Source: an uncultured delta proteobacterium (GTDB lineage Bacteria; Myxococcota; Myxococcia; Myxococcales; Myxococcaceae). Taken from it: a DNA stretch of 64,000 nt. The translations under genes were made by a program, and so were the position numbers. The DNA lies in assembly GCA_963796055.1 (NCBI GenBank), contig CAWCKH010000004.1, forward strand, positions 2,112,001-2,176,000, read 5' to 3'. Each line of letters starts with the position of its first letter. Position 1 is the stretch's first letter. Of the stretch, positions 9,379 through 20,863 are shown piece after piece. The notes beneath the pieces are model-generated. The model was not told where the DNA came from, made no database searches, and saw only the letters and a program-made list of their open reading frames with translations.

Positions 9379-9952
9379 GTGGGCGCTGCCCGAGCCGCGG
9401 CCATGGGCGACGGAGCTGGCCGCCGCTGCCTCCGCACGCCCGGTCCTGCGGGCGGTGGCCTACGTGGCCCAGGTCGTCCCGCCGGCGCCCGACCGGCTCG
9501 CGGCCGCACAGGAGGCGCTCGCCGAGGCCGCGCGCGAGGCGCAGGGCTGGCTGGGCAGCTGGCAGATCGCCTTCGCCCAGGCAGGCAACCGCCTCTGGAT
9601 GACCGGGGCCTCGGCGGCGGCCCAGGACGCGACGGATCTGCTCCGGTTTGCCCGGGAGGTGGCGCGGGCGACCGCGGTCTCCGGTGTGCAGGTTCGCGCC
9701 GCGCTGGCGACTGGCACCGGCATGCTGTTCGAGGACGTGCATGGACGGCCGGCGGTGGCGTCCGAGCTGACGGTGCGGGCGGTCGAGGCGCTCGGGGTGC
9801 TGGACCGCTCGATTCCGGCCGGTGCGCCCGGGCCGGCGGCGGTCCTCGCCCTCACCATGGCCGAGGTGGACGGACCGCTGGGCGAGGCGGAGACGTCCGG
9901 GTGGCACACCGCGGCGACCAGCGGGGGCGTGCGGCTGTTCGTGCTGGAGTGA
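9362..9952 (+). CDS. Probable frameshifted C-terminal part of the preceding gene; weak class III nucleotide-cyclase-like features
   Basis: GC3-rich codons switch frame at about 9361-9364 (ILLREWALPEPRP...) with no in-frame start nearby. VRAALATGTG..FEDVHGRP..S...VRA resembles the cyclase beta-hairpin region. Confidence 0.5.
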   Translation, partial: SILLREWALPEPRPWATELAAAASARPVLRAVAYVAQVVPPAPDRLAAAQEALAEAAREAQGWLGSWQIAFAQAGNRLWMTGASAAAQDATDLLRFAREVARATAVSGVQVRAALATGTGMLFEDVHGRPAVASELTVRAVEALGVLDRSIPAGAPGPAAVLALTMAEVDGPLGEAETSGWHTAATSGGVRLFVLE

Positions 9953-10046
9953 CGCCCGACCAGGCGAGCGCCTGTCCTGAACCCCACGATGTCGTCACCT
10001 TGCTCCGCTGGGGATCGGCCCCAGGTTCCGGAGTGGAGGTTTCGCC

Positions 10047-10463
10047 ATGCCGGAGAAGAAGACCCTGGAGAAGGCCAGCGAGGACCTGAAGGAAGGAAAG
10101 AGCCCGACGACGGCAGCCGGAGAGTTTGTCCGCGAGGAGATGGAGCACATCCGTGAGGGCAAGCACGGCGCACGGTCGACCAAGCAGGCAATCGCCATCG
10201 GGCTCTCGAAGGCCCGCCGCGCGGGTGTGCCACTGAAGCCGCCGAAGAAGGGGCAGACCAGCCGGCGGACACGGCGTTCCGCCGAGCGGGCCTACGAGGT
10301 CGGCCAGGGGAAGCGGAAGCCCCGCTCTCCCTCGAGGAAGGGAAGTCGGGCCACCTCCCGGGCGCTCCGGCGCGAGGGACGGGGGGCCGCCTCGAAGCGC
10401 GCGCTCTCGTCGCAGGCGAGGCGCGCGGCAACGCGTCGGCGCCGGCGCTCCGGGCGCAGGTAG
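10047..10463 (+). CDS. Small basic putative DNA-binding protein (DUF6496-like)
   Basis: GGAGG RBS. EFVREEMEHIREGKHGARSTKQAIAIGLSKARRAG motif followed by an Arg/Lys-rich tail. Confidence 0.75.
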   Translation: MPEKKTLEKASEDLKEGKSPTTAAGEFVREEMEHIREGKHGARSTKQAIAIGLSKARRAGVPLKPPKKGQTSRRTRRSAERAYEVGQGKRKPRSPSRKGSRATSRALRREGRGAASKRALSSQARRAATRRRRRSGRR

Positions 10464-10552
10464 CGGGTCCCCGCCGAACACCGAAGACACGGCGAGCACA
10501 GCTCATGGGTGCAGTCAGTCTCGCCGCTGTGTTGCGGAACGCGGCCTGACCG

Positions 10553-11268
<716 letters not shown>

Positions 11269-11272
<4 letters not shown>

Positions 11273-12018
11273 GCCCGGGCCTCTCTCTCGTCCCCCAGGT
11301 AGGCTGCCACCACCGCCGGATCGTGCAGCGCCTCCGCCGGACGTCCCTCGGCGATCTTCTTTCCAAAGTTGAGCACCACCAGCCGGTCCGACAGCCCGGC
11401 CACCGCGTGCACGTGGTGCTCGATCATGAGAATCGTCAGCCCGCTGTCCCGCAGCGCCCGGACCAGCCCCATCGCCTGCTGGATCTCGGCCGGGTTCAGG
11501 CCTCCCATCACCTCGTCCAGGCACAGCACCTCGGGGCCGGTGGCCAGCGCCCGGGCGATCTCCAGGCGCTTCAGCTCGCCGATGCTCAGCACCCCGGCCT
11601 TCGCCTGTGCCCGGTGAGTGAGCTGGGTCCGGGTGAGCACCTCGTCCACCCGGTCCCGCGCGCTCCCGCCCCGGAGCTTCACCCGTCCATAGAGCGCACC
11701 CACCCGGATGTTGTCCGCCACGGTCATGTCGCGGAACGGCTTCACGATCTGGTGAGTCCGGACCAGCCCCCGGGTGACGACCTGGTCGTTGCGTAACCCC
11801 GAGAGCTCCTCGCCGCGGAAACGCACGCTGCCCGACGTCGGCTTCACCGCCCCCACCAGGCAGGAGAAGAGCGTGGTCTTCCCCGCGCCGTTGGGACCGA
11901 TGACGCTGAAGATCTCCCCGCGCTGCACCTGGAAGGAGACCGCATCCAGCGCCAGGAGCCCGCCGAAGCGCTTGCTCACCGAGTCCACCGCGAGGAGGGG
12001 AGCCGTCTCAGCTGGCAC
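11269..12018 (-). CDS. livG: Branched-chain amino acid-type ABC transporter ATP-binding protein
   Basis: KRFGGL, GPNGAGKTT, LEIARALA, LDEVMGGLN and VVAAYLG. Confidence 0.92.
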
Positions 12019-12982
12019 GCGTCGCCTCCGCCACCGCCGGAGTCCGGCGCCGCGGTCGCAGACCGACCAGGCGCTCCCAGAGGCCCACGATGCCCCGTGG
12101 CTCGAAGAGCATCACCACGATCAGCAGCCCCCCGTAGATGAAGAGGTACGAGTCGCGGAGCGCCGGGCTCGCCAGCAGCTTGATCTGCAGGTAGCTGAAG
12201 AGGATCGCCCCCAGCACCGGTCCGACCAGCGTGCCCATCCCGCCCACGATGGGCATCAGGACGATGGTCAAGGACAGCCGGAAGTCGAACACGCTCCCCG
12301 GGCTGATGTACTGGAAGTTGGTCGCGAACAGCCCCCCGGCCACTGCCACCAGCGCGGCGGAGATGGCGTGGGCCTGCAGCTTGGCCCAGGTGGAGTGGAC
12401 CCCGAGCGCCTCGGCGGCGTCGATGTCCTGGCGGATCGCCTCCAGGCCAAGCCCGAAGGCGTGCCGCTGCAGCCAGGCCACCAGCGCCAGCGTCAACAGC
12501 GCCAGCCCCACCATGCCGTAGTAGTTGGCGTTGAAGTCGAACGTCCCGGCCGGCATCCGCAGGCCGCTCGAGCCTCCGGTGAACTCCAGGCCCGAGGCGA
12601 TGACCCGCACCGCCTCGCCCACCCCGATGGTGGCGATGGTGAAGTAAGGCCCGCGGAGCCGGAATGTGGGCAAGCCCACCAGCACGCTGAAGGCCACCGC
12701 CAGCGCCGCGCCCACCGGCAAGGTCAGCCACGGCGACCACCCCGCATTGGCCAGGAGCACCGTGGTGTACGCCCCGATTCCGACGAAGACCGAGTATCCG
12801 AGCGAAACCTGCCCGGCGAACCCGCCGAGGAGGTTCCAGGCCGAGGCGAGCACCACGTAGAACGCCATGTTCCAGAGATCGTTCAGCGTCCCCCGGGGGG
12901 CCAACAGCGGAGCGAGCAGGAGCCCCGCGGCGAAGAGCAGGCCGGCCGGGAGCACCGGATGGCGGCGAAGAAGGGCCGTCAC
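12008..12982 (-). CDS. livM: Branched-chain amino acid-type ABC transporter permease
   Basis: WNLLGGFAGQVSLG, LRGPYFTIAT and GGMGTLVGP. GTG start overlaps the livH stop. Confidence 0.9.
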   Translation of the reverse strand: MTALLRRHPVLPAGLLFAAGLLLAPLLAPRGTLNDLWNMAFYVVLASAWNLLGGFAGQVSLGYSVFVGIGAYTTVLLANAGWSPWLTLPVGAALAVAFSVLVGLPTFRLRGPYFTIATIGVGEAVRVIASGLEFTGGSSGLRMPAGTFDFNANYYGMVGLALLTLALVAWLQRHAFGLGLEAIRQDIDAAEALGVHSTWAKLQAHAISAALVAVAGGLFATNFQYISPGSVFDFRLSLTIVLMPIVGGMGTLVGPVLGAILFSYLQIKLLASPALRDSYLFIYGGLLIVVMLFEPRGIVGLWERLVGLRPRRRTPAVAEATRAS

Positions 12983-13884
12983 CGCGCCACCGCCCGCCGG
13001 TCGAGCATTCGCCACAGGCCCGGCAGCCCACCCGGGGCCGCCACCAGCACCACCACCAGCAGGGTGAAGCTGATCGCGTCCTGGAACGAGACGGGGATCG
13101 AGGTGTACGCGGAGGCGAAATTCTCGATGAACGCCAGCACCAGCGCCCCCACCGCCACCCCGGTGAAGCTCTCCATCCCCCCGAGCACGATGATGCAGAA
13201 CGACTTGAGGAGGAAGCTGCGCCCGAAATCCGGAGTGAAGGCATAGAGCGTGGAGAGCATGCTTCCCCCCATCGCCGCGAACGCCGTGCCGAGGCCAAAG
13301 GCCACCGCGGCGATCTGCCCGGCGTTCACCCCCGAGAGCATCGCCGCATCGCGGTTCTGGGTCACGGCGCGGATTGCCTTGCCCAGGTAGGTGCGGCGCA
13401 AGACCAGATTGAGCCCCACCAGCGAGAGGATGCTCACCCCGAAGACCAGGATCTGCGGCACGCCGAAGCGGCCACCGAGCACCTCGACCGACTCCATGGT
13501 GTACGGAGTGAGGATCGACTGGGTGTCCCCTCCCCAGATGGCGTAGGCCAGGTTCTGCAGCACCAGCCACACCCCGAAGAGCAGCAGGAGCGACTGCATC
13601 GACGGGCCGGCGGAGGCGCGCGGCAGCCAGCGGATCAGGATGGCATACAGGGCCATCCCGATCAGGAAGAAGGCCGGCGCGACCACCAGCAGCGACACGA
13701 ACGGGTCGAGCTGGAACCGGTCGTTGAGGGCGTAGGTGGCATAGGCGGCGAGCATCATCAGCCCGGCGTGGGCCAGGTTGATGATCCGCATCACCCCGTA
13801 GATGACCGCCAGCCCGTACGACATCGTCGCGTAGAGTCCGGCGGCGAGCAGAGAGTTCAGGGCGACGACGACGAGCTTCTGCAT
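12979..13884 (-). CDS. livH: Branched-chain amino acid-type ABC transporter permease
   Basis: GLAVIYGVMRIINLAHA, LGKAIRAV and IIVLGGM. Confidence 0.9.
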   Translation of the reverse strand: MQKLVVVALNSLLAAGLYATMSYGLAVIYGVMRIINLAHAGLMMLAAYATYALNDRFQLDPFVSLLVVAPAFFLIGMALYAILIRWLPRASAGPSMQSLLLLFGVWLVLQNLAYAIWGGDTQSILTPYTMESVEVLGGRFGVPQILVFGVSILSLVGLNLVLRRTYLGKAIRAVTQNRDAAMLSGVNAGQIAAVAFGLGTAFAAMGGSMLSTLYAFTPDFGRSFLLKSFCIIVLGGMESFTGVAVGALVLAFIENFASAYTSIPVSFQDAISFTLLVVVLVAAPGGLPGLWRMLDRRAVAR

Positions 13885-13907
13885 TCGACTCCCGCCCTAC
13901 GCCGGGC

Positions 13908-15107
13908 TCACTTCGCGGGGATGGGCGCGATCGCCGGCCCGGTCGCGTCCTTCTTGGGCCAGACCAGGTCCACCTTCCCACCCGGCTTGTTCTGGGTCAC
14001 CACGAAGGGGAGGTCGCACTGGCCGGTCTTGGTGAACGACAGCACCTGGCCGGGGACGATGCTCTTTTCCATCTTCAGTGCCGCCAGTGACCGGCGGATC
14101 TTCTCCGCCTCGAGCGAGCCCGCCTTGGAGATGGCGGTCAGCAGCGCCCGCGTCGTCTCGTAGGCCATCGCGTGGTACCACTGGGGCTCCACGCCGGTCG
14201 CCGCCTTGTACCGGGCATTGAACTCCTTGACCTGGGGGTAGGGGAGCAGGTCCGACCACCAGCCGCTGGCGAACACGTAGTCGGTGGCCGGCCCGAGCGC
14301 CTTGCGCGCCGCTGTGTCCGAGCCACGCGCGCCGTGGGTCAGCATCAGATGGTGCAGGCCCATCTGGGTGTAGGTCCGGTGCATGGCGATGAAGTCCTCG
14401 AGGTGCGAGTCGGCGAGGAACAGGGCCGTCTTGGCCTCGGCCACCCTCTGGAGCAGCGGCCGGTAGTCGGTGGTGTTGAGCTCGAACTTCTCCTGGACCA
14501 CCACCTTGTAACCGGGGTGGGTGTTCACGAAGTCGATCACCCCCTTCACGTAGTCGTTGCCGTGCTCGGTGTTCTCGGTGACCAGAGCGATGGTGAGCGG
14601 GGTCTTGAGCTTGCCCTGCTTCACCAGGTCGTCGAGGAAGGCCATCTGCGTCTCGGCCAGGTGCTCCACCGGGGAGAGCGTGCCGAAGACCCACTTGCTA
14701 CGGCCGTAGATCGCCGTCGCCCCCGCGCCACCACTGAGGTACGGGACGCCGTAGCGGTCCGGCACCACCGACTGCGCCTGGACCAGGTGCGAGCCGTAGC
14801 CGCCGATGATCGCGTGCACCTTGTCCTGGGTGATGAGCTGCTCGACCAGCTGCGCGCTCTTCGCCGCGTCCGAGGTGTCGTCGAGCAGCGAGAGGTTGAC
14901 CTTCATCTTCTTGCTGCCCACCTGCACTCCGCCCGCGTCGTTGACCTCCTTCACCGCGAGCTCGGTGGCCTGCTTGTAGGCGCCGCCGATCTTCGACTCC
15001 TTGCCGGTGACCGGCAGGACCGCGCCGATCCGGATCTCGTCCTGCGCGCGCACCGGCAGTCCGAGGACCAGGACCAAGAGCGCACCCATCCAGGTGATTC
15101 GCACCAT
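13908..15107 (-). CDS. ABC transporter substrate-binding protein (LivK/LivJ-like)
   Basis: GGAGGG RBS, signal peptide [21 protein letters not shown], then [11 protein letters not shown]. First gene of the liv-type operon. Confidence 0.88.
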   Translation of the reverse strand: MVRITWMGALLVLVLGLPVRAQDEIRIGAVLPVTGKESKIGGAYKQATELAVKEVNDAGGVQVGSKKMKVNLSLLDDTSDAAKSAQLVEQLITQDKVHAIIGGYGSHLVQAQSVVPDRYGVPYLSGGAGATAIYGRSKWVFGTLSPVEHLAETQMAFLDDLVKQGKLKTPLTIALVTENTEHGNDYVKGVIDFVNTHPGYKVVVQEKFELNTTDYRPLLQRVAEAKTALFLADSHLEDFIAMHRTYTQMGLHHLMLTHGARGSDTAARKALGPATDYVFASGWWSDLLPYPQVKEFNARYKAATGVEPQWYHAMAYETTRALLTAISKAGSLEAEKIRRSLAALKMEKSIVPGQVLSFTKTGQCDLPFVVTQNKPGGKVDLVWPKKDATGPAIAPIPAK

Positions 15108-15322
15108 GTCACCCTCCAAGAACCCGAGGTACCAGCCGCGACCACGTAGCACGTCCCGCGGGTCCCGCCTCACGCCGAAACGCGCGACGCGCCGCAGCAC
15201 GTTTGCTGGCGGTCTCCAGCAGTACGCGTGGTAAGGCATCGGATTCCCCAGGCTGCGCAAGCCGCTCCTCCGACGCACGCCACCTCGCCCGGGGTTCCCG
15301 CCTCCTCCAGAAGGAAGGACCC

Positions 15323-16102
15323 GTGCTCAACCGCAACGCAGTGCTCTTGACGCTGTTTGCCCTGGTATCGGCGCTCCCTGCGCTGGCTCAACCCGCCGGA
15401 AACGTGCTGGAGCTCAACATCCACACCCCCAAACCGGGGATGGGCGAGAAGTACGAGGCCGCACGCAAGAAGCACATGGCCTGGCACAAGACACAGAAGG
15501 ACACCTGGGCCTGGCACACCTGGCAGGTCATCTCCGGACCGGAGGGCGGCACGTACTACACCGGGACCTTCGGGCACGCCTGGAAGGACTTCGACGGCCA
15601 CGAGAAGTTCTGGAAGGACGACGAGGCGGACTACGGCAAGGGGATCGGTCCCACGGTCGGACTCTCGTTCGTCAGCTACTACGTCCGGCGCGCGGACCTG
15701 AGCCTGAGTCAGCCCACGGACGATCCGCCCACGGCCTACAGCCTGCTGACCTACTTCCACATCAAGCAGGACGGAGTGAACGACTTCGTCGACGCGGTGA
15801 AGAAGATCAACGAGGGAATCAAGAAGACCAACTACCGGCAGGCGGGGCCCAGCGCCTGGTACCAGCTGGTCAACGGTGGGGAGGGGCCCCTGTTCGTGCT
15901 CGCGGGAGGTCGGGCCAACTGGGCGGCGTTTGCTCCCAACGACAAGACGCTGGATCAGATGATGGAGGAGGCCTACGGCAAGGAGCAGGGCGCGGCGATC
16001 CTCGCCAGCGGCCGGAAGGCGATCCAGTCCACCCGTACCGAGACAGTCCAGTACCGGCCCGAGCTCAGCTACGTCCCGGCCAAGGAGACCGCGGGCCGCT
16101 GA
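15323..16102 (+). CDS. Secreted hypothetical protein (two NIPSNAP/dimeric alpha-beta barrel-like halves)
   Basis: GAAGGA RBS and signal peptide. Two similar halves (KPGMGEKYEAARKK...WQVISG and KQDGVNDFVDAVKK...YQLVNG). Confidence 0.65.
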   Translation: MLNRNAVLLTLFALVSALPALAQPAGNVLELNIHTPKPGMGEKYEAARKKHMAWHKTQKDTWAWHTWQVISGPEGGTYYTGTFGHAWKDFDGHEKFWKDDEADYGKGIGPTVGLSFVSYYVRRADLSLSQPTDDPPTAYSLLTYFHIKQDGVNDFVDAVKKINEGIKKTNYRQAGPSAWYQLVNGGEGPLFVLAGGRANWAAFAPNDKTLDQMMEEAYGKEQGAAILASGRKAIQSTRTETVQYRPELSYVPAKETAGR

Positions 16103-16213
16103 ACGCCGCCACCGAATCGGGTTGCACGCCCCGGGGCTGACGCGTAAATCAACCCCGGGGCCTGTCGCGCTGCGTCACGTGCGGCCAGGCCCCCCATCTC
16201 AGGGGAGCTGGAC

Positions 16214-17011
16214 GTGAAGATCCTGGTGACCGCCAAGCGGGTGGAAGACCCCGAGTCGAAGATCAAGGTGAAGGCCGATGGCTCGGGCATCGTGCAGGAG
16301 GGGTTGAAGTACAAGATCAATCCCTTCGACGAGATCGCGGTGGAGGAGGGCCTCCGCCTGGCAGCCAAGCACGGCGGCGAGGTGGTGGTGGTGAGCATCG
16401 GCCCCAAGGAGGTCCAGGAGCAGCTTCGGCACGCCCTGGCGATGGGCGCGACCAAGGCGGTCTGGGTCAACCACGCGGGGCCGCTCGACCCGATGTCCGC
16501 CGCCGCGCTGCTCAAGGGCGTCGTCGAGCGGGAGAAGCCGGACCTGGCCATCCTCGGCAAGCAGAGCATCGACGACGACCAGAACCAGACCGGGCAGTAC
16601 CTGGCCGAGTGGCTGGGCTGGAGCCAGGCCACCTTCGCCTCCAAGGCCGAGTCACTGGAGAGCGACGCCGAGAAGGCCAAGGCGCCCGCGATCCAGATCG
16701 CCGCCGACGGCAAGAGCGCCCAGGTCGTCCGCGAGGTCGACAACGGGCTGGCCACGCTCACCGTCAAGCTGCCGGCGGTGGTCACCACCGACCTGCGCCT
16801 CAACCTCCCGCGCTACGCCTCGCTCCCCGGGATCATGAAGGCCAAGAGCAAGCCGATCGAGGAGCTGACCGCTGCCGGGCTCGGCGTCGAGGCCAGCCCC
16901 CAGATCCAGGTGGTGAAGATGTCCGCTCCTCCGCCGCGCAAGGCCGGCATCAAGGTCGGCGACGTGCAGGAGCTGTTCACCAAGCTGAAGAACGAAGCCA
17001 AGGTCATCTGA
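16214..17011 (+). CDS. etfB: Electron transfer flavoprotein beta subunit
   Basis: INPFDEIAVEEGLRL, GKQSIDDD and PRYASLPGIMKAK. Confidence 0.95.
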   Translation: MKILVTAKRVEDPESKIKVKADGSGIVQEGLKYKINPFDEIAVEEGLRLAAKHGGEVVVVSIGPKEVQEQLRHALAMGATKAVWVNHAGPLDPMSAAALLKGVVEREKPDLAILGKQSIDDDQNQTGQYLAEWLGWSQATFASKAESLESDAEKAKAPAIQIAADGKSAQVVREVDNGLATLTVKLPAVVTTDLRLNLPRYASLPGIMKAKSKPIEELTAAGLGVEASPQIQVVKMSAPPPRKAGIKVGDVQELFTKLKNEAKVI

Positions 17012-17025
17012 GGAACCCACGAGCC

Positions 17026-17997
17026 ATGTCCACCGTCCTCATCGTCGCCGAGGCCCAGCCCGACGGGCACCTGCGCAAGGCCACCCTCAACGCCATCGCC
17101 GCGGGGAAGGACCTGGCGCAGAAGACCGGGGCGCCGCTGCACCTCGCCGTGCTGGCCCCGGACCCGGCGGCGCTCGCCGAGCAGCTCAAGCCGTACGGTG
17201 CGGCGGTCATCCATACCGTCGCCTCGCCGGCGTTCGCCCACTACGTCGCCGAGTCGTTCGCCCCGGCCGTCGCCGCCCTGGCGAGCGCGGTCAGCGCGGA
17301 CTTCGTCGGGGCCGCGGCGACCGCCCAGGGACGTGACCTGGTTCCCCGCGTGGCGGCGAAGCTCAAGGCCGCGATGGCGTCCGACGTGACCGCCTTCTCC
17401 GGCTCGGGCGGCGAGGTGACGTTCACCCGGCCAATGTGGGCCGGAAGCGTCATCGCCGAGGTGAAGCTCAAGACGGCGGTGAAGGCCTTCACCGTCCGGG
17501 CCACCGAGTTTGCCGCTGCCGAGCCCGGAGGCACCCCGGCCGAGGTGAAGGCCTTCCAGCCTCCGGCCGACGTGGGGAGCTCCCCCACCCAGTTCGTTTC
17601 CTTCAACGAGGTGAAGAGCGCCCGGCCCGAGCTGACCGAGGCCAGCATCGTCGTCTCCGGGGGCCGCGGCACCAAGGGCGACTTCAAGGAGATCGAGGCG
17701 CTCGCCGACGAGCTCGGCGCCGCGGTGGGCGCCTCCCGCGCGGTGTGCGATGCGGGCTGGGTTCCCAACGACTATCAGGTCGGTCAGACCGGCAAGGTGG
17801 TCGCGCCGAAGCTCTACATCGCCGCGGGTATCTCGGGGGCCATCCAGCACCTCGCGGGGATGAAGGGCAGCAAGACCATCGTGGCCATCAACAAGGACCC
17901 CGAGGCGCCCATCTTCCAGGTTGCCGACTACGGAATCGTGGCCGACCTCTTCAAGGTCCTGCCCGAGCTCCGCGCGGCCATTCACGCGTCGAAGTGA
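17026..17997 (+). CDS. etfA: Electron transfer flavoprotein alpha subunit
   Basis: [18 protein letters not shown] and [29 protein letters not shown]. Confidence 0.95.
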   Translation: MSTVLIVAEAQPDGHLRKATLNAIAAGKDLAQKTGAPLHLAVLAPDPAALAEQLKPYGAAVIHTVASPAFAHYVAESFAPAVAALASAVSADFVGAAATAQGRDLVPRVAAKLKAAMASDVTAFSGSGGEVTFTRPMWAGSVIAEVKLKTAVKAFTVRATEFAAAEPGGTPAEVKAFQPPADVGSSPTQFVSFNEVKSARPELTEASIVVSGGRGTKGDFKEIEALADELGAAVGASRAVCDAGWVPNDYQVGQTGKVVAPKLYIAAGISGAIQHLAGMKGSKTIVAINKDPEAPIFQVADYGIVADLFKVLPELRAAIHASK

Positions 17998-19010
17998 CGA
18001 CCGCGCAGGAAGCCCCCGACGGTGCCCCGGTTCTCCGGGCCCTGGGCATCCACCGACTCTCGATGCCCGTTCCGTTCCCCGATGCGGGCGGGCCGGTCAA
18101 CGCCTACGCCATCGAGGACAGCCGCAGCCGGGTGCTCCTCTTCGACACCGGCATCGGCACGCCCGAGGGCATCGAGGCGCTGCACGTGGGTGCCCGCGCG
18201 ACGGGAATCGATCTGCGCCGCTGCACGCAGGTGGTGGTCAGCCATGGCCACGTCGACCACTGTGGCAACGCGCAGCTCCTCGCCGAGCTGAGCGGGGCAC
18301 CGGTGCGGATCCACCCCGGGGACATGGAGAAGGTGGTGGGCGAGGACGTCTGGGAGACCCGGGCCCCGACGTACACCGCGTTCCTTCGCCGGCAGGGCGT
18401 GCCGGAGGAGCAGCTGCCGCGGCTGGTGTCGATCGGGCGGCACAGCGGCAAGTACAGCCGGCGCGTCGACCCCGCTCGGGTCCGGCCGCTCACCGAGGGC
18501 GAGCACTTCCGCATCGGCAAGGTGCGACTCGAGGTGCTCCACCTGCCGGGCCACACGCCGGGACTGATCTGCCTCTGGGATGCGGAGCACCGGCTGCTCT
18601 TCGCCGACGACCATCTGCTCGCTCGCACCTCGCCGAATCCCTTTCTGGAGCTGGTCGACGCGCGTACGACCCGGCGCGCGCTGGTGCAGTACCTCCACAG
18701 CATCGCCCGGATTCGCTCGCTCGACGTGGAATGGGTGCTCCCGGGGCACGGCGCGCCATTCCAGGGTCACCGGGCGGCGATCGATTCGCTCCTGCGCTTC
18801 TACGTGCGGAGGCAGGAGAAGCTGCTCGACGTCCTCTCCACCGGTCCGCGCACCCCGGTCGAGCTGTCCGAGGCGCTCTTCGGGCCACAGGCGGGGGCGC
18901 GGCTGTACCTCACCCTCTCCGAGGTGGTGGGCAACCTCGAGGTGCTCGAGGCCGCTTCCCGGGTGCGGCATCTCGAGAGCGGGCCGGTCCACCGCTGGGC
19001 GATGATCTGA
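17994..19010 (+). CDS. MBL-fold metallo-hydrolase
   Basis: SHGHVDHCG, PGHTPG, ADDHLL and LPGHG motifs. GTGA overlap with etfA. Confidence 0.88.
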   Translation: MTTAQEAPDGAPVLRALGIHRLSMPVPFPDAGGPVNAYAIEDSRSRVLLFDTGIGTPEGIEALHVGARATGIDLRRCTQVVVSHGHVDHCGNAQLLAELSGAPVRIHPGDMEKVVGEDVWETRAPTYTAFLRRQGVPEEQLPRLVSIGRHSGKYSRRVDPARVRPLTEGEHFRIGKVRLEVLHLPGHTPGLICLWDAEHRLLFADDHLLARTSPNPFLELVDARTTRRALVQYLHSIARIRSLDVEWVLPGHGAPFQGHRAAIDSLLRFYVRRQEKLLDVLSTGPRTPVELSEALFGPQAGARLYLTLSEVVGNLEVLEAASRVRHLESGPVHRWAMI

Positions 19011-19076
19011 CCGCGGCTCGTCCGCGGCGCTGACCCAGTCGCCGCCCACGCGCTGGCGAGGGCGTACGGACCTCGC

Positions 19077-20156
19077 TCAGCCTGCGCCGTGGCAGGCGCG
19101 GGTCATCTCCTCGGGCCCCGAGTAGCGCGGAAGGGTCTCGCTCTCCGCACCCGGTGGGAGCCGCTTTGCCCCCGAACGCCTGGCGATGTCCCCCACCAGC
19201 CGCCAGTACGCTTCCTTCGGGGGCACCCCCGGATAGAGCCGGTCGAGTCCGAGATCCCCGAGGGTGACCCGGAGCACGGTGGCCCCGGTCTCTCCCTCGG
19301 CCCAGGCGATCACCAGATCGGTGAGCACCGTGCTGCGCCCGTCGGCCGCCGGCACGATGCCCAGCGCGAGTCCGAGGACCTTCCGGAACGAGAGCAGGTT
19401 GCTGGCGCCGGCACTCGACAGTCGCAGGCCTGAGTCCTCCACGGAGTCGATGCTCACCGGAACGATCCGCGGCGGCGGCACCGGGCGGGGCGCTCCGGGT
19501 CCGTCCTCGTGCAGCGCGGGGCGGAGCTCGATCTCCAGATGGGTGCTCTCGGGGGGCAGCTCGATGAACCTCGGAGCGTCGGGTGCGAACTTCTTGAGCA
19601 ACGCCGTCACCCGCTTCTGCAGCTCGGGCTCGCGCGCGGTGAGGTCGGCCGCGGCCGAGAGCGCGGCGACCTTCGGCTCCGGGTCGAGCTCGAGCAAGCG
19701 CACGCGGGCCTTGAGGCCGATCAGCCCGTCGGCGCGCACCGCGACCTCGTAGTAAGGGCGGGCGCCGGTCCCGTCGCCGTCGGCATCCAGCCGCTGTCCC
19801 ACGCGCCAGGCGAGCGGCGGACGCAGTGCCGGTGGCTCCGCGGCGGGCCCGAGCTCCTCGAGCGTCACCCGAAGCAGCTCGGTGGTGCCGGCGAGCGCCC
19901 GGGCGAGCACCTCGTCCACCAGAGCCAGCGCGCCGGGGTCACCGAGCAGGAAGGTCGCCCGCGCCAGGCCTGACTTCGCGTCGAGCTGCTCCGGTCGTTC
20001 GGCGACCACGCGGGAGAACGCATCCCGCGCCGCACGGGGATCGTCCTTGGACAGCGCTTCCTTTCCCACGAAGTAGTCCGGGTGCTGTGTCCAGTCGCCG
20101 GGGCGCTCGCGCGCGGGCGGGGTGATCGTCTTCAGGAAGTTCCGCAGCACGGGCAT
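19077..20156 (-). CDS. Hypothetical protein with N-terminal TPR-like helices
   Basis: GC3-biased ORF containing AARDAFSRVVAERPEQLDAKSGLARA. Start chosen at MPVLRNF. Confidence 0.55.
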   Translation of the reverse strand: MPVLRNFLKTITPPARERPGDWTQHPDYFVGKEALSKDDPRAARDAFSRVVAERPEQLDAKSGLARATFLLGDPGALALVDEVLARALAGTTELLRVTLEELGPAAEPPALRPPLAWRVGQRLDADGDGTGARPYYEVAVRADGLIGLKARVRLLELDPEPKVAALSAAADLTAREPELQKRVTALLKKFAPDAPRFIELPPESTHLEIELRPALHEDGPGAPRPVPPPRIVPVSIDSVEDSGLRLSSAGASNLLSFRKVLGLALGIVPAADGRSTVLTDLVIAWAEGETGATVLRVTLGDLGLDRLYPGVPPKEAYWRLVGDIARRSGAKRLPPGAESETLPRYSGPEEMTRACHGAG

Positions 20157-20278
20157 TCGGGAACGGACCGGCGAGCCTTGGACAGGAGCGCGACGGCGCC
20201 GTTGTACGTTGAACATCGGCCGGGCGAAATCGATTCGTGCGCGATTTCTGGGAGGGTGCAGGCCGACCCCGGGTCCGG

Positions 20279-20863
20279 TCAGCAGCCTGCGCCTGTCGGG
20301 GGTGAACGTTCACAGGCCCGCCGCACCGCGGGCAGCAGGACCCGGCGGATGAGGAGGATGCCGGGGCTGAACATCCTCCAGTAGCGACGGAAGCGACGGC
20401 GCGCGTCCTCGTCGGTCCCCTGGGCGCGGGTCTCGGTACGGAGCACGGTGGTCCCGGCGCGGAGCGGATCGGGCTCGGCCTCGAGCGTCCAGGCGATCTT
20501 CACCAGTCCCGGCTCGGCGAAGGCCTCGAAGCGCTCCGCCGGCACGGGCGTGAAGCGCACGTTGGCTTCCCAAGGTCGGGTCACCGTCCAGAAGATCCGC
20601 TGCCGGCCCGGCTCGACGGCCAGGGTGCTCCAGCCGAGGGCGAGCAGCTGGTCGACGAGCCCGCGTGGCCGGTGCGGCGGCAGAGGCCGGGCACGCAGCA
20701 GCCAGCCGCGGATGCGGAACAGCGCGCGGACGAGTCCCAGCGACTCGAGGTCGAAGGACTCGGCCACCGCGAGAACGCGCTCCGGCGAGGCCCGGATCCG
20801 GATCCGGTGCACCGTCCGCTCGTCCGGCGCGGGCAGGAACCGATCGATGGGCTGTCCGGCCAC
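20279..20863 (-). CDS. Hypothetical protein (DUF2867-like)
   Basis: F(E)AFAEPGLVKIAW...LRTETR..TDEDARRRFRRYW...LIRR pattern. Abuts the acyl-CoA synthetase stop. Confidence 0.7.
   Translation of the reverse strand: MAGQPIDRFLPAPDERTVHRIRIRASPERVLAVAESFDLESLGLVRALFRIRGWLLRARPLPPHRPRGLVDQLLALGWSTLAVEPGRQRIFWTVTRPWEANVRFTPVPAERFEAFAEPGLVKIAWTLEAEPDPLRAGTTVLRTETRAQGTDEDARRRFRRYWRMFSPGILLIRRVLLPAVRRACERSPPTGAGC

Noticed and set aside
9990..10046. RBS-sequestering hairpin upstream of the DUF6496-like gene
   Set aside because: The short GC-rich stems (CTCCGCT/AGTGGAG, CTGGGG/CCCCAG) are within chance expectation at this GC content.
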